From Microthyrium microscopicum (taxonomy: Eukaryota), in contig MU004238.1 of assembly GCA_010405405.1 (NCBI GenBank), positions 1,871,530-1,935,529 of the forward strand: a stretch of 64,000 nucleotides of DNA, given 5' to 3'. The notes under the pieces were generated by a model. It was not told the origin of the DNA. It did no database searches and worked only from the letters and a program-made list of their open reading frames with translations. The first letter of the stretch is position 1. Each line of letters begins with the position of its first letter. The position numbers were made by a program, and so were the translations under genes. Positions 1 through 11,689 of this stretch are shown piece by piece.

Positions 1-920
1 CACGAAAAGGCATCATGAACGACTGGGTCATGCATCTCGAAGCTGCAAGTGCTCTATTATCCTCAGTGGCGCTTCCTGAATCAGAAAGGATGATCACGGA
101 CTCACCTGCTTCCGTTAATTCTGAAGTAGCAGAAAATGAAATTGCTCGGAGCTTCCCTATCCACCTTCTTTCCGAAGGAGACAAGTCAGCTTTTGAATAC
201 TACTTGAGTCTTTACACCTGGACTTTCATCACTTCAACCGTTAGCCTAGGATTAATGCCAAATTCTGAACAGGCGGTAGCGCGAATCAAATCAATCTTTC
301 ACAAAGATCAATCCAAACTGAGGGGAGTATTAGGATGCGAGGATTGGATTATGACGACACTTTTAGATATTGCTGTGCTGAAAGACTGGAAGCAGAAGAT
401 GCAGAGTGCTGGTACTCTGAGTCTGAGAGAACTCTCTCGAAGAGCAGATATTCTTGATGAGAGGCTCGGTGACGGCATCCGCGCCATGGCCGCCACAGAA
501 TCCAATGCCAGAACTTTCAATGAGAAGCAGCAACGAATAATTAACAATACAATGATCCACGGCTCGTTGCTCTTTCTTAGCGCCGTCACATCTGGCTTTT
601 TCCCAAATCTTCCCGAGATCAGGCAAGGCGTCGCAAATACCTTGGAAGCTTTAGAGTACATGCGAGAAAACTCGTCTATCAACATCCCGTCCTGGCCATA
701 CTGCGTAGCCGGTTGTTTAGCACAAGAATCACAATACTCTAGGATCAGAGCGCTGCTGCCACCGCCCAGGAAAGACACTCACCCTTTGGTCTTAACAAGG
801 TGGACTTTGGATATAATTGAAGAGTGTTGGAGAGTAAGAGCATCACAAGCCGACGGAATGGAAACCTGCGATTGGGTTACAGCAATGGGTCGTCTGGGTA
901 CTAGATTATTGCTAGCCTAA
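1..920 (+). CDS. Fungal-specific transcription factor domain protein (Fungal_trans_2/DUF3468-like), 3' part; 5' end lies outside the window
   Basis: Open frame from the window edge. Motifs DWVMHLEAA, LGCEDWIM, LFLSAVTSGFFPNLPEIR, WPYCVAGCLA and IIEECWR...DWVTAM resemble the C-terminal domain of Zn2Cys6-associated Fungal_trans_2 proteins. Confidence 0.75.
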   Translation, partial: RKGIMNDWVMHLEAASALLSSVALPESERMITDSPASVNSEVAENEIARSFPIHLLSEGDKSAFEYYLSLYTWTFITSTVSLGLMPNSEQAVARIKSIFHKDQSKLRGVLGCEDWIMTTLLDIAVLKDWKQKMQSAGTLSLRELSRRADILDERLGDGIRAMAATESNARTFNEKQQRIINNTMIHGSLLFLSAVTSGFFPNLPEIRQGVANTLEALEYMRENSSINIPSWPYCVAGCLAQESQYSRIRALLPPPRKDTHPLVLTRWTLDIIEECWRVRASQADGMETCDWVTAMGRLGTRLLLA

Positions 921-948
921 GTTCTAACGATGAGGAACAAATAGTGTC

Positions 949-2958
949 TCATTTAGATGCTAAAGCACTTTCAAACAGTTCTGCCAACGCGATCATCTTC
1001 TCTTCCTGAAGTCTACGCCCGACTAGCTGGACTGCAACTGGGGTGCCATTTGATGCCTCAGGATCATCTGCAGATTGATTAGCCATATTCCTCACAGCAG
1101 AATTGTAACGTACATTCTTCCCAAACAATCCTATCGCTATCGTTCAGAGGCGTGTATTCCGTCTCAAACTTGTCGATGGTCGAGTCCGTCGTGGTCACTG
1201 GCACAACTACAGCAGTATAGTCAAGAGTATTGACCCAAGGGGTATACGCTATATTCGTGTCAGCATGAACTGCTCAGGTCAAAGATAAATGACTCAATAA
1301 CACACCAACGATGGCAGATTTGCCGAACTCAAGAGCAGGGAATGGAGCGACGGGTGCCAAAATAGCATCTACGGGCTTTCCTGTCTTCGTCAAGGCCGAT
1401 GTGCTGTTCCAATAATCCATGTATTCCTTTCGGTATGCTGCCACATCAAGGTTGATTCTGTGAAGAGCATCGACAGTCTTGGCGGGAACAGCCTTCTTGC
1501 CATAGAATTCCTCAATTCTGGGCTGAAGCGTCTCTCCAGACAAGCCAATATGGTGATGAATGTCTATTCCGCCATCAGAAGTGAACGCTTCGAACTGGAT
1601 CGAATTAGCAAACATCTTTCGCTATATGTTTCCCATCTTACGGCAAGTTTATATGCTCTGGCATGAGATGGTGGATTCCATTCAATTATTTCGTGGCCCA
1701 TTTCAAGAATCAAAGCCTTCATCTTCTCCATTGCTCTCTTGACTGGCGGCAACGGATTAACGTCGCCATCTGAGGAGTATAGACCAAAGGTGAGCTTTTG
1801 GTCTGTTGATAGCTTCGCAAGTTCTTCCCGCCATGGCATTTCAACTACGGCAGGGTCATGAAGCCATGGCTCTTGGGTCAATGCAGCTTGCATCATCAAC
1901 TTGATGCTTCTAGCGGTAGGAGCTAGAGGCCCACAAACAGAGGGTATTGTGTTCTGGCCAGGCATACTGTTGGCGGCGCCCACATACGGCAAGCGACCGA
2001 ATGATGGTCGAATACCAAAAAGGCCGTTGAATGCTGCAGGAATTCTATAAGAGGGAACTCATCAGCGTTGAAAAGAGAATACATAGGGAAGACTCACCGA
2101 ATACTTCCTCCTATATCAGTCCCGAAACCAATTGGGCTACCTCGCATAGCGATCAAGGCACCTTCACCACCGGAACTACCACCAGTACTCATCAGGCGAT
2201 TATGTGGGTTCAGAGTGGAGCCGACGATATGGTTCCACGTTTCCATGCTCATTACAGTATGCGGAAGACTGGTTTTGCAGAATGGTACTCCGCCCAACAG
2301 TCTGATTTCTCGAACGAGCTCGCTTTCCGTTGTCTTCTCTTTGCCGGTTCCCTTGATGCCTTCGAAGGTGTCAATCCACCCGACATAGCCCATGGTTGTC
2401 TCCACGCCGTGAACATGGAACTGGTCCTTAAAACTAACTGGAAGTCCATACAGAGGTCTAAATGTCTGTCAGTGGGATTAAATAGAGATGGCTGTAGCCA
2501 CTGCATAATGTTATGGAAGTACCTACCCGACTGGGCCCGCTCCAGAGGCGAATTTCTCATCTAAGAGTTTCGCGTCTGCAATCGCTTGATCGAAGAATAT
2601 CTCATGTAAGCAATTCGTCTGGGGGATTCAAGTCAGCCAGATGTAACAATGATCATGACTTTCAACGAACCAATTGATGGGCCAAAGCAGCCCTGTGACA
2701 AAATGCTGTGACTACTTTGGTGACAGTCCAGTTGCCAGAGCTTGTCTGTTCGACAATACGGACTGCATCAGACTCTGTGATTTCAATTTCCCAATCTTCT
2801 AGGTATTGCTGTACATATGCGCCAGTAACATCTTTCTGACTTTTCGCTGTTGGAATAGGTTGAGGAAGTCGCCATTCAAGAGGAATCAACTCCAGAACTG
2901 CCAGCTTCTTGCCCAAGGCTAATTCCTGCCAAGTCAGTTCAACTGGCATGGAACCCAT
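949..2958 (-). CDS. Amidase signature family enzyme (acetamidase/AmdS-like), multi-exon
   Basis: Exon pieces carry HGLPVSFKDQFHV (catalytic Lys), GGSSGGEGALIA and GTDIGGSIR (Ser-cisSer). The C-terminus reads VQLVGRRLQEEKMIALAELF and stops at TGA 949-951. ATG at 2958; several GT-AG introns. Confidence 0.92.
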
Positions 2959-3701
2959 TGTATGATCAAGTAAGATGTATGATTTTGGAAATGAAGAGAC
3001 AAGATTCTTAAAATACCAAAGTCAACGAGGAATACAGCCAACCTTTAATCAAACAGTAAGTTGAGTAAGATTGGCGATAGCATCTCCTCAAGAAAATCTA
3101 GCCATGCTTTCTTCCCGTCTCACAATCTGAAACGTTATCAACCTGATGTGCAATTGATAAGATTACCAGGTATCGCCTTATCTTCGTGGAGTGTCTATAA
3201 AAAGAGGGGTCCACATTTATCCACGATAGCATGTTTATATGAGAGCTCCCCGCTGCTGTTTTTGTCTGCGGAGGCAACGGCGGGATTGATTGCGCCGTTC
3301 ATATCTCCCAACCGCGCAAACCCGTGGAATGATCTCTGAGTATGCAAAGGGCCGTTCTTACCATTGCTAGTTTTATATCTGACATTCTGCGAATGTACGA
3401 AGACAAGCTGCTAAGAAATGGCTGAAGCCAGACGCCGAGCTGTTCTCTAGTCATCGCGGGTAAAGATAAGAAATGAATCTTGTACAGGAGATCACTAACT
3501 TGTATCTTGGAATGCTGTGAATTTAGTTGAAGATGTACAAGTCCTTTTTGTCAGTTCTTATCTTGAACGACATGTTTACAACTTCTATAAATTCAAGGTG
3601 TCGGAACCGCTGATCAGATATTTCGGTACCGGCATCTCAGAATACTTTGATTATCATCCTGTACTCGTCTCTTCTTGTTGCAAATTGTTCGTCTTCTCAC
3701 C
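2959..3701. promoter_or_regulatory. Divergent promoter between amidase and DUR3-like transporter, rich in HGATAR (AreA/NIT2-type) sites
   Basis: HGATAR on either strand at about 3075, 3135, 3155, 3178, 3224, 3464, 3558 and 3651. CGG triplets cluster near 3268-3284. Confidence 0.65.
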
Positions 3702-6056
3702 ATGGGCAAACAAACTTTTGGGGCAGAACTTCAAGTTCTCAGCCCAGGCATTGGTTATGGCATTCTTGCAGGAATCGGAGCTGTATTTACTGTCATTATG
3801 ATATTGTAAGTTGTCCATCTCAATGAACATGAATGCTCCAGTACTGGTTCTTCCAAAAGACAAGTATTGTCTAGACTTTGTGAACCACAACTGACATAGT
3901 TATAGTTCATCAAAGCTTCAGAACAAATACTCAAGTTACTCAACCAAGTCATCCGAAGAATTCAACACTGCTTCAAGGAGCGTCAAACCTGGGCTCATTG
4001 TGGCCGGTATTGTTTCCTCGTGGACATGGTCGGCAACTCTTTTGACAAGTTCGACTTTCGCATACCTCTTTGGCATTTCTGGTCCAATGTGGTACGCAGC
4101 ATTGGGATCCTCTCAAGTCTTGTTATTCTCCATGTTGTCTCTGATGGTCAAGAGAGATTTGCCAGGCGCTCATACATTTCCGGAGATTGTTTTGGCTCGG
4201 CATGGTCCTATTGCTCATGGTATTTATCTCTTCATGGGATGGGCTACCAATTTATGTAAGTGTGCTCCTGAAGTGGACCATTGTTTAACACACTAATCAA
4301 TGTTAATAGTTGTTGGTGCAACTTTGGTCCTTGGTGGAGCAGACGTTGTGGCAGGACTTACAGGTGTAAACATCTATGGCGCTTGTTTTATCGTAAGTAC
4401 TTTTCCTGACACTGGCAGGTACATCATACTGACAACGAAAATATAGATTCCACTTGCCGTTGCAGTATATGTGATTCAGGGAGGTCTGCGCAGTACCTTT
4501 ATCGCCGACTACATTCATACTGTAATTCTTTTCGTGGCGATCTTCACCTTTGCGTTTACCCTCTATACAACGGATGACTTTGTCGGAAGCCCAGGCAAAT
4601 TTTACGACTTGCTGACTGAAGCCGCAAAGGCCACCCCTCTTGCTGGCAATGCTGGTGGCTCATGGCTCACCTTTCGTTCTCACGACGGCTTGATCTTCGC
4701 GGGTCTGATCTTCATGGGCAGCTTCTCAACTGTTTGGCTTGATCAGGCGTACTGGCAACGTGCCATTGCATCCAGGCCGGAGACTAGTGTCAAGGCATAT
4801 TTGCTTGGTGGAGTAAGTTATGAATTCACTGCCACTTGATAGTCAGTACACTGGGCTAATCACTATGACTTTAGTTGGCTTGGTATGGCATCCCATACGG
4901 TTTCGCAACTGCCATGGGCCTAGGCTGTGTGGCATTGACCTCATCGCCAAACTTCCCAACTTACCCCAACCCATTGAATGCCGCTCAAGTCGGCGGCGGT
5001 TTCTCAGCGCCCGCCACAGCCATCGCCTTGATGGGCAAGAACGGAGCAGTCCTAATGCTACTACTGCTCTTCATGGCCATCACCTCCGCTACTTCCGCCG
5101 AGCTCATCGCCGTCTCTTCACTCTGGACTTTCGACGTATACAAGCTCTACATTAACCCCAGCGCATCATCCTCCAAACTCGTAGTCCAATCCCACTGCGC
5201 AATCATTGCCTATTCTTTAATCCTCGCAGCCTTTTGCTGCGGACTGAGTGCTAGTGGCATCGATATTACGTGGATCCTGACCCAAGGCGGCGTCATCATT
5301 GGCGGAGCCGGCATTCCACTGGGCATGATTCTGCTCTGGCCGTCCCGGATGTCGACAGTCGGTGCCATTGGCGCTCCACTGATTGCCATGCCACTTGGAA
5401 TCATGACTTGGCTTGTCACCACTCACTTCAGGTCTGGCGCTATTAGTGTTGCAACGTCGGGTGACTTGACCAACGCCCTTGCGGGCAGCGCAACGACTTG
5501 TGGCGTAGGAGCAGTGTCTGCACTCATTCTGTCGCTTTTGTTTCCTTACAAATACTCTTCCAACGACCCTGCTCATCTGGCTCGAGTGCAGAAGATTCGA
5601 GGCGTCGCCATTGTACAAGGACAAGAGGTCGTTGTTCAAGGGAGCACAGTTACTCATCCAGATGACAAAGAGAAAGTTGCTGGCGATGTCCAAGAATCCG
5701 CAATACCGGAGACTCCTCCTCAGCCCGTAGCAGCTACAGGAAACGATACCGTTGACTTCCTGCTCACCAACCACATTGAGCCGCTGAATTGGGAGCTGTA
5801 TATCAAAGCTCGACGACTAGCTATCACGGCATGTGCAGTGTTTTTCGTGGTCGCCATGGTTGTGTTCCCGTTCAGCTTTTATGGTACTGCATTCATCTTT
5901 ACCAAGGCTGCGTTCACAGGATGGATTGTGATCAGTTTGATTTGGGTCTTCTTCAGCGCGTTTGCGTGTATCATCTGGCCACTTGCTGAGAGCTGGCCGG
6001 AGATGAAAGAGATGACACGCATGCTTTTCAGGGATATGAGACGTCGCAAAGAATAG
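3702..6056 (+). CDS. Urea/polyamine active transporter, DUR3 family (sodium:solute symporter fold), multi-exon
   Basis: ATG 3702 gives MGKQTFGAELQVLSPGIGYG; intron about 3806-3905. Then SEEFNTASRSVKPGLIVAGIVSSWTWSATLL, GGLRSTFIADYIHT, DQAYWQRAIASRP and SAELIAVSSLWTFDVYK, with many hydrophobic segments. Confidence 0.92.
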
Positions 6057-7284
6057 AAGGTAGACAGCAAATTAGCAAGGGGTTGAGATTAGAGTAATAG
6101 TGGTAGAATGGAATTGTTTACAGGTCCCAAATATGATCTTCAAGAGATCCCGGAAAATAGGGGTAAAGTAAAGAATGGTCATTCAGGCAGATTCTGGCCA
6201 TTGTACTTGTCCTACAGCTGATGAAAAGCCTTGGAATTCGTTCCTCACGCAATCAAGAGGGAAACCGATGCTTCTGGAGATGGAGTGTAGTTGGGAAGTG
6301 CCATGCGATGGTTCCGTCTTGTGGCAAGGCGTGGTAACACAAAGGAGGAAGGAACCCAACATGTCGACCCCTGTTGCATTTTTCTTCGGAGATATTTCAA
6401 CCACACGATCGAGGAGAATTTCTTAGCGATTGGCGCCGGGGTCTGTGAGGCCAATTAAACACCTGAAAAAGCCCAAAAAGCCAGAAAGCCGTAAAGAGAA
6501 GAAGATGAAGACGTGCGATGCACCTTGACGCCGTAGAAAACGACCTCCCCAAAGCGGCTTCTTTCTAGCCAATCAGAACCAAGCCTAAAAACGAAGGTGA
6601 TTTCTTTGCAACTTCTTTCGATGTCCATTTCTGGGACCTTGCATCAACTTCGCATACTGCATATGCACCCTTTCTGCACTCGTAGCCTTCTTCACCGTTC
6701 GACCCCCAAGCCTGCATATTCCGCTCCATTAACTGTTCAAGCTGCTTATTCGTCTGCTCTCAATTCTCTGGCCAGCGATTCGCTACCTTTTAAGCTCTGC
6801 CATTCTTGTGACGCGTGCGCTTTCCGCCATGGCCGGATGGTTCTCTATATCGCGTTTTCCAGTTTGCATTCACTGGTGCGACACTTCTTCTAGACGTCAC
6901 CAAGGCTCGTAGACGACGCTGGCTCTAGGGGGTGGACTGGTTCAAGGCGTTCAGATGGTTCCCGAACCAAGGGCGCGACGCGGTAGGATCATGTTGCTCA
7001 GAAACTGCGGCTTTCTTCAAGCTGGTTGGTAAATACTCGACTTTACTGTTATATCGACATGTCCTTTGCTCTTCTTTGTTGCGTTTCGTACTCGTCGTTA
7101 ATATTACTCTCGTTTTTGCTTTCCTAGCCTATCATTCTAGTCATTCGTTTACTTCTATTCTTGGTAATATCGTCTTTTTTAATATATATACTACTTTTAC
7201 AGTCTTTACGCTAACTATATCAAACACACTCGTTTCGTTCCTACTACTCTATGATTTACAGATTTCCAGCAATTCTTATACCTA

Positions 7285-9198
7285 ATGTTCAATCAACCGG
7301 TTGAAGAAGTAGTCCAACTCCTTCCTTGCGTTATCTGCTCAGCACCGTTCGATCCGTCTACGCTTCCTTCTCACGTTTACGATCCATATCAAACATTCCT
7401 TTTATTCACCCATCACTCGTCGATTTGTCCATCATGCTTTGCGGAAGAATTGGCTAAACGTACACAACCTCATCCAACATCGGGACAGAGTTCACGTCCA
7501 ATGAAAATGAATTACGAATCACCAATTTATGATCATGACATGATGGCTCGAAATGATTCAACGACAACTTTTGTTTCCGAGCACGCAAGTATGCACAGAA
7601 AAGCAAGTTCAATTTCCACGATACCAAGAAGTGCTTCAACACCAATTGGATCCGAGACAAGAAGCGTCCACAGGAAAGCAAGTTCAGTGACTACCTTCTC
7701 CCGACCAGGCTCTCAGCGAGAATATAAAAGCGCCGATCCACTTCGACGCCAACCGTCTATAAACCACTCTCGCAAGAGCCAAGAGACCTACCGGGCTCGC
7801 CCTTCAACATCCACAGGGTACAACTCCACATCTAGCCAAAAGAACTCCCCTGAGCTGCTTCAACGCAGCCAAAGCCAACGTGCCTCTCCGGACCTATCTG
7901 TTCCCAACCAACTCGACAGACCAGCCAGCCGAGCCACCAGCGCTCTAGAACCCCCTCGCAAGAGTGGCGACAATGTCCGTCGTAAAGTGTCCTTTCGACA
8001 CAATACGCCAACGGCAATCTACAACCCTCTCTCACCACTTCGTCCGCCAACGCCTACCGTGCCTCCATTGCCTGAACAGCTCATGGTTATGCCCAGGACA
8101 CCAGATGTACCACCGCCATCATCTGCCTCTGGAGCTCCGGCGCCACCAGCTATCAGGTTATCACCTGAGCCACGACCACGAGCATCGAACCGCCGCCAAG
8201 AATCACCGCCCTCATCAACGATAAGCTGGACGTCCTGGCGCACACGAAGACAGCAAGAGAAAGATGCTCGCGAACAGCGCTGGCAGCTACGCAAAGAGAA
8301 ACAGCGTCAGCGTAAAGAACGTGAAGATGCGGATAAAGGCATCGGTCTCTATCTCTTCTGCCCCGAATGCCGCGTCGTTGTAAAGACCACACCGAAATGG
8401 AAGAATGGTAGCTGTTGCTTGTAAGTCCGCCCTCCTTCTCTCCCCATTAGCTCCTGGCTAAGTACAACAAGTCTCTACTCAACCTGCCTCTTCCTCTGCA
8501 CCGGCCCCCTCTCCCTCAGTCTGCTACTCCCCTGCGCATCAACCCAGATCCGCGATGTCCACAGCCACTGCCCAAACTGCTCCACCACCCTATCAACCTG
8601 GTCACGCCGCAAGAACCAACTCACAGTCCTCACCTGGGCCGGCGCGCCACCTACCATGCCGCCATCAGGACAAGCACACACAGGACCAGCACATCCACGA
8701 CCAACAACCACCCCCATTCGCTTGCCATCTTCCCACCTCCCTTCATCAACAAGCAATTCACGCCCACGAACCGCCATCCCACCACGAACCAGCAGCGCCC
8801 GAAGCCACCGCACCCACCCCCAACCCATCACCAACCACACCACCCACCCCCAAGCTCTCCCCCCACCCAACCGCGCCCACCACGCCCCAACCCCATCCAA
8901 CGGCACAACCACAACCACCACCGAACGCACATCCGCCAGTTCCCTTCCCAGTTCCCTCCCCCAGTCCACCTCCGCCGCAACCGGAACGACCCAGCGCACA
9001 CGCTCAAGCACACTAGTAGGCAGCAGTTCCGGCACGAGCGGCAACAGTCCACCGCGCGATACACGCTCATTCGGCGGCGGAAGTTCCTTTGAGCGCGAGG
9101 GCGTGCGGGCGACAGATTTTGCGGTTGAGGAGGTGGAGGAGAGGGTGGTGGATTTAGATATAATTGAATTGACGGAGGTGGGGAGGGCGATTGGATGA
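7285..9198 (+). CDS. LITAF/SIMPLE-type zinc-ribbon domain protein, about 620 aa, two exons (7285-8420, 8472-9198)
   Basis: The apparent stop of ORF 7285..8424 lies inside a GTAAGT donor at 8421, followed by a GCTAAG branch site and AAG acceptor at 8471. Splicing gives FCPECRVVVKT...GSCCFLYSTCLFLCTGPLSLSLLLPC...DVHSHCPNCSTTLSTW (CxxC - hydrophobic - HCxxC) and joins in frame with ORF 8656..9198. Confidence 0.8.
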
Positions 9199-9614
9199 TT
9201 TGTGTGGGAATTGGGGAGGTGTTGGATTTATATCTTCTTTGTTTATGGCTTGCCTTTGTCTCCCGCAAGGTTGAGATTGGGTGAGTAGTATTTTTCGAGG
9301 GGATGAGAGGATTGGTGTATTTGAAAAGAAAACTGTGTTAGCAAGGATGATGAGAAAAGGATGGGGAATGCATAATGTTTGGTGTTGGTGTCATGAACGA
9401 CACTATCACGAATAGCAAGGAGTCAAGTATAGAGAATATTATGCACATCCATCAACTTTATTGATTGATCATGTTTCGCTATGAATAAAACCCCTCGTGG
9501 CCAATATGAGGTGCAATGCCTAATCCTACAGTGTCCATAATAATACAATGCCAATAATCCAAACACCACCTAATAATCGTAGAATGCTACCGTTGTGTCC
9601 ATGCCTAATTTGAT

Positions 9615-10718
9615 TTACAAGACCGCATTTTCGTTGCTGTCCACTGGGGTTGCTGTATGCAAATGAGACTGATGTGCTGGTGCATGTTCTGCGCCTGGGC
9701 TTTCCGGTCCCGTAACCTGCCGCTCAAGCTCGCGAATGCGCATCTTGAGCATTTGATTTTCGCGCGTCAGGTTCTGCGTCTCTGCTTGGTAGAAAGCGGA
9801 CTCGTCACGCAGACTATTCGAGCTCATGCTAACGGCTGACGAGGGAAGATTTCCAAATGCCGAGGGATCGTCGCCAACACTGGTATTGAGCGCCATGGGC
9901 GGCACCTGTTGAGCGCGCAGCGATGGCGACGGGCTTTGTGAAGAAGGATTGGCAACAGACGAGTGGCGCGAAGCAGAGATCTGGTGGGGTATGCGTTGCT
10001 GGGCAGGCGTTTGTGAGCGCGAAGTATCAGAGGGCGGATTGCTATCGTCGGCAATCGCGGCAGTAGCAGAAGCGGGTGCATGTGCTTGGAGCGCAACGAT
10101 TTGTGCTTGTTGTTGGCGGATCATGGAGAGGAGACGGTTCTGAAAAGCCTTGTTAGCGCGCGAGGCGGTTAGGTAGATGAGAGGAGTAGAATGACGACGC
10201 ACCACTTGAGCTTCTTGCTCGTTTTCAAGCTCTTGGTGCAGTTCACCTAGACTAGGGGCGCGAGCATGGCGAGTTGGGCTGGGTGAGCCATGGATACCAG
10301 CTTGTTGGCCGTGAAGGGACCAGCTTGGAGCGCGGCCAGATGTTGCTGGGCTCATGGCCATTTCGCCAGGCGCTGGGAGAGCTGGATCGTTGAGAGAGAG
10401 ACTCATTCGGATACTCGATCGTCGTCGCTCATACGTGGGTTGTCCTCGCAAGCTGCCATTAGCTGGATTGCGCTCGTCGTTCTGTAGGCTAGAGTTGAGA
10501 GTAGCTGCGGCAGCGAGAGAGCTGGCTGTTGGAGAGTGTTGATGAGCGGGAGGGGTAGTTGTTCCGCTTCCTCTTCGCAAGGGGTTGCCTGGTGATGTAT
10601 GACGTATGCTATCAGACATTCTGCCTCTTATGGGGAGACCGGGAGAGGACTGGATAGGCTGTTGATGGTTATCTGAAGAGTTTTGTGCAGATGAGAACGA
10701 GTTGATGTCGGGTGGCAT
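9615..10718 (-). CDS. Hypothetical fungal protein, low complexity with two coiled-coil segments; one 63-nt intron (10140-10202)
   Basis: Long ORF. RAPSLGELHQELENEQEAQV|NRLLSMIRQQQ becomes contiguous after removing a GTGCGT...GCTAAC...CAG intron. A second coiled coil reads SAFYQAETQNLTRENQMLKMRIRELERQ. Confidence 0.8.
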   Translation of the reverse strand: MPPDINSFSSAQNSSDNHQQPIQSSPGLPIRGRMSDSIRHTSPGNPLRRGSGTTTPPAHQHSPTASSLAAAATLNSSLQNDERNPANGSLRGQPTYERRRSSIRMSLSLNDPALPAPGEMAMSPATSGRAPSWSLHGQQAGIHGSPSPTRHARAPSLGELHQELENEQEAQVVRRHSTPLIYLTASRANKAFQNRLLSMIRQQQAQIVALQAHAPASATAAIADDSNPPSDTSRSQTPAQQRIPHQISASRHSSVANPSSQSPSPSLRAQQVPPMALNTSVGDDPSAFGNLPSSAVSMSSNSLRDESAFYQAETQNLTRENQMLKMRIRELERQVTGPESPGAEHAPAHQSHLHTATPVDSNENAVL

Positions 10719-11571
10719 GGCAAGCTGTTAGTTTATAAGTATAGCTGTTTAAAGCTTGTGCTTAGTAGTAGGCTAAGGCAGCCTAAAGCTCGGATCGGGA
10801 TGCAGCGAGTGGGGTAAAGACACAATCAGATGGTGTATGAGGATGAATTAATGGGGTGAGGAGAGTATGAGAATGAGGAGACGGCGGAGTATAGGGACAG
10901 ATAAAGGAAAGAAAACAAATTGATGAGAGATTCTTTGTTGGAACAGGTGATGTCAAAGAAATGGAGATAGCGGTAGAGGATCTGGTCTTTTGGTAGTCAC
11001 TGGTCCAGTGCTGTGTGCTGAGTGGCCAACCTGAGTTGGGAACTGGTGGGGCTTGGGGGCATATGAAGTTGCATACAGCAGAGTATCAACTGACTGTGAT
11101 CTGATACAAAACTTATTCATTTTGTTATCAACTCACTGGTTCATTCTATTCCATTTCTTTTATGTTTATCAAATACTTACTTCTCTGGTGCTATCCATGA
11201 GTTTATCACTCCCCAGCTACGCCACAAAGAAGGTCAAGAGCAAGTGACCTCGTCTTTGTCCCCTCCTTTGTCATCAACTATTCCATCAGAGTTTCGGTAC
11301 CCACGCTTTTAGATTGCCAGCACATCTGGGAATTAGCTGACATCGATGTCATAGCCCTTAGAGAGGGCTAGTACTTCTCAGCGTCTTGCGTCGTTAATGA
11401 TAAGTTGCTGCTCAAACCTTCCGGCAGGCACATAGAAACTTCATGCATGAGATCTACTCCAGAGGTTTCAACATCTTCAAGAAGCATACGTTCAGATATC
11501 GTGCATCTGATCGGATTGGAAACAATCATCCCAGCTCAGCAGCTGCAAGCAGATCGATTCTCAAAAGTATA

Positions 11572-11605
11572 CCGTTTTTACCCTTTCAGTTGGGCCACGG
11601 TAGCG
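11572..11605 (+). repeat. Left terminal inverted repeat of the large DNA transposon
   Basis: Reverse complement of 20008-20041, 33 of 34 positions identical. Confidence 0.93.
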
Positions 11606-11689
11606 TGCCTATTTGGGTCGCGGCGCCACTAAATTTAGCGGGCGCTGCCCCTGTTAGTGATTATTTGTCCCTTTTGCACCCCCTGTTAG

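Noticed and set aside
3420..3905. TPP riboswitch in the DUR3-family gene (known in introns of some fungal transporters of this family)
   Set aside because: No CTGAGA core or GAACTTGAT...AGCG-type junction motifs are visible in the first intron or leader.
7020..7280. TA-rich patch as a RIPed repeat relic
   Set aside because: No termini, duplication or coding relic; an AT-rich leader of the LITAF gene explains it equally well.
8413..8424. C-terminal CCL prenylation-like motif of ORF 7285..8424
   Set aside because: The stop lies within a GTAAGT splice donor, so the protein continues in exon 2.
8475..9268. Minus-strand ORFs 8475..9044 and 8828..9268 as genes
   Set aside because: They are antisense shadows of LITAF exon 2, produced by the extreme C/G skew.
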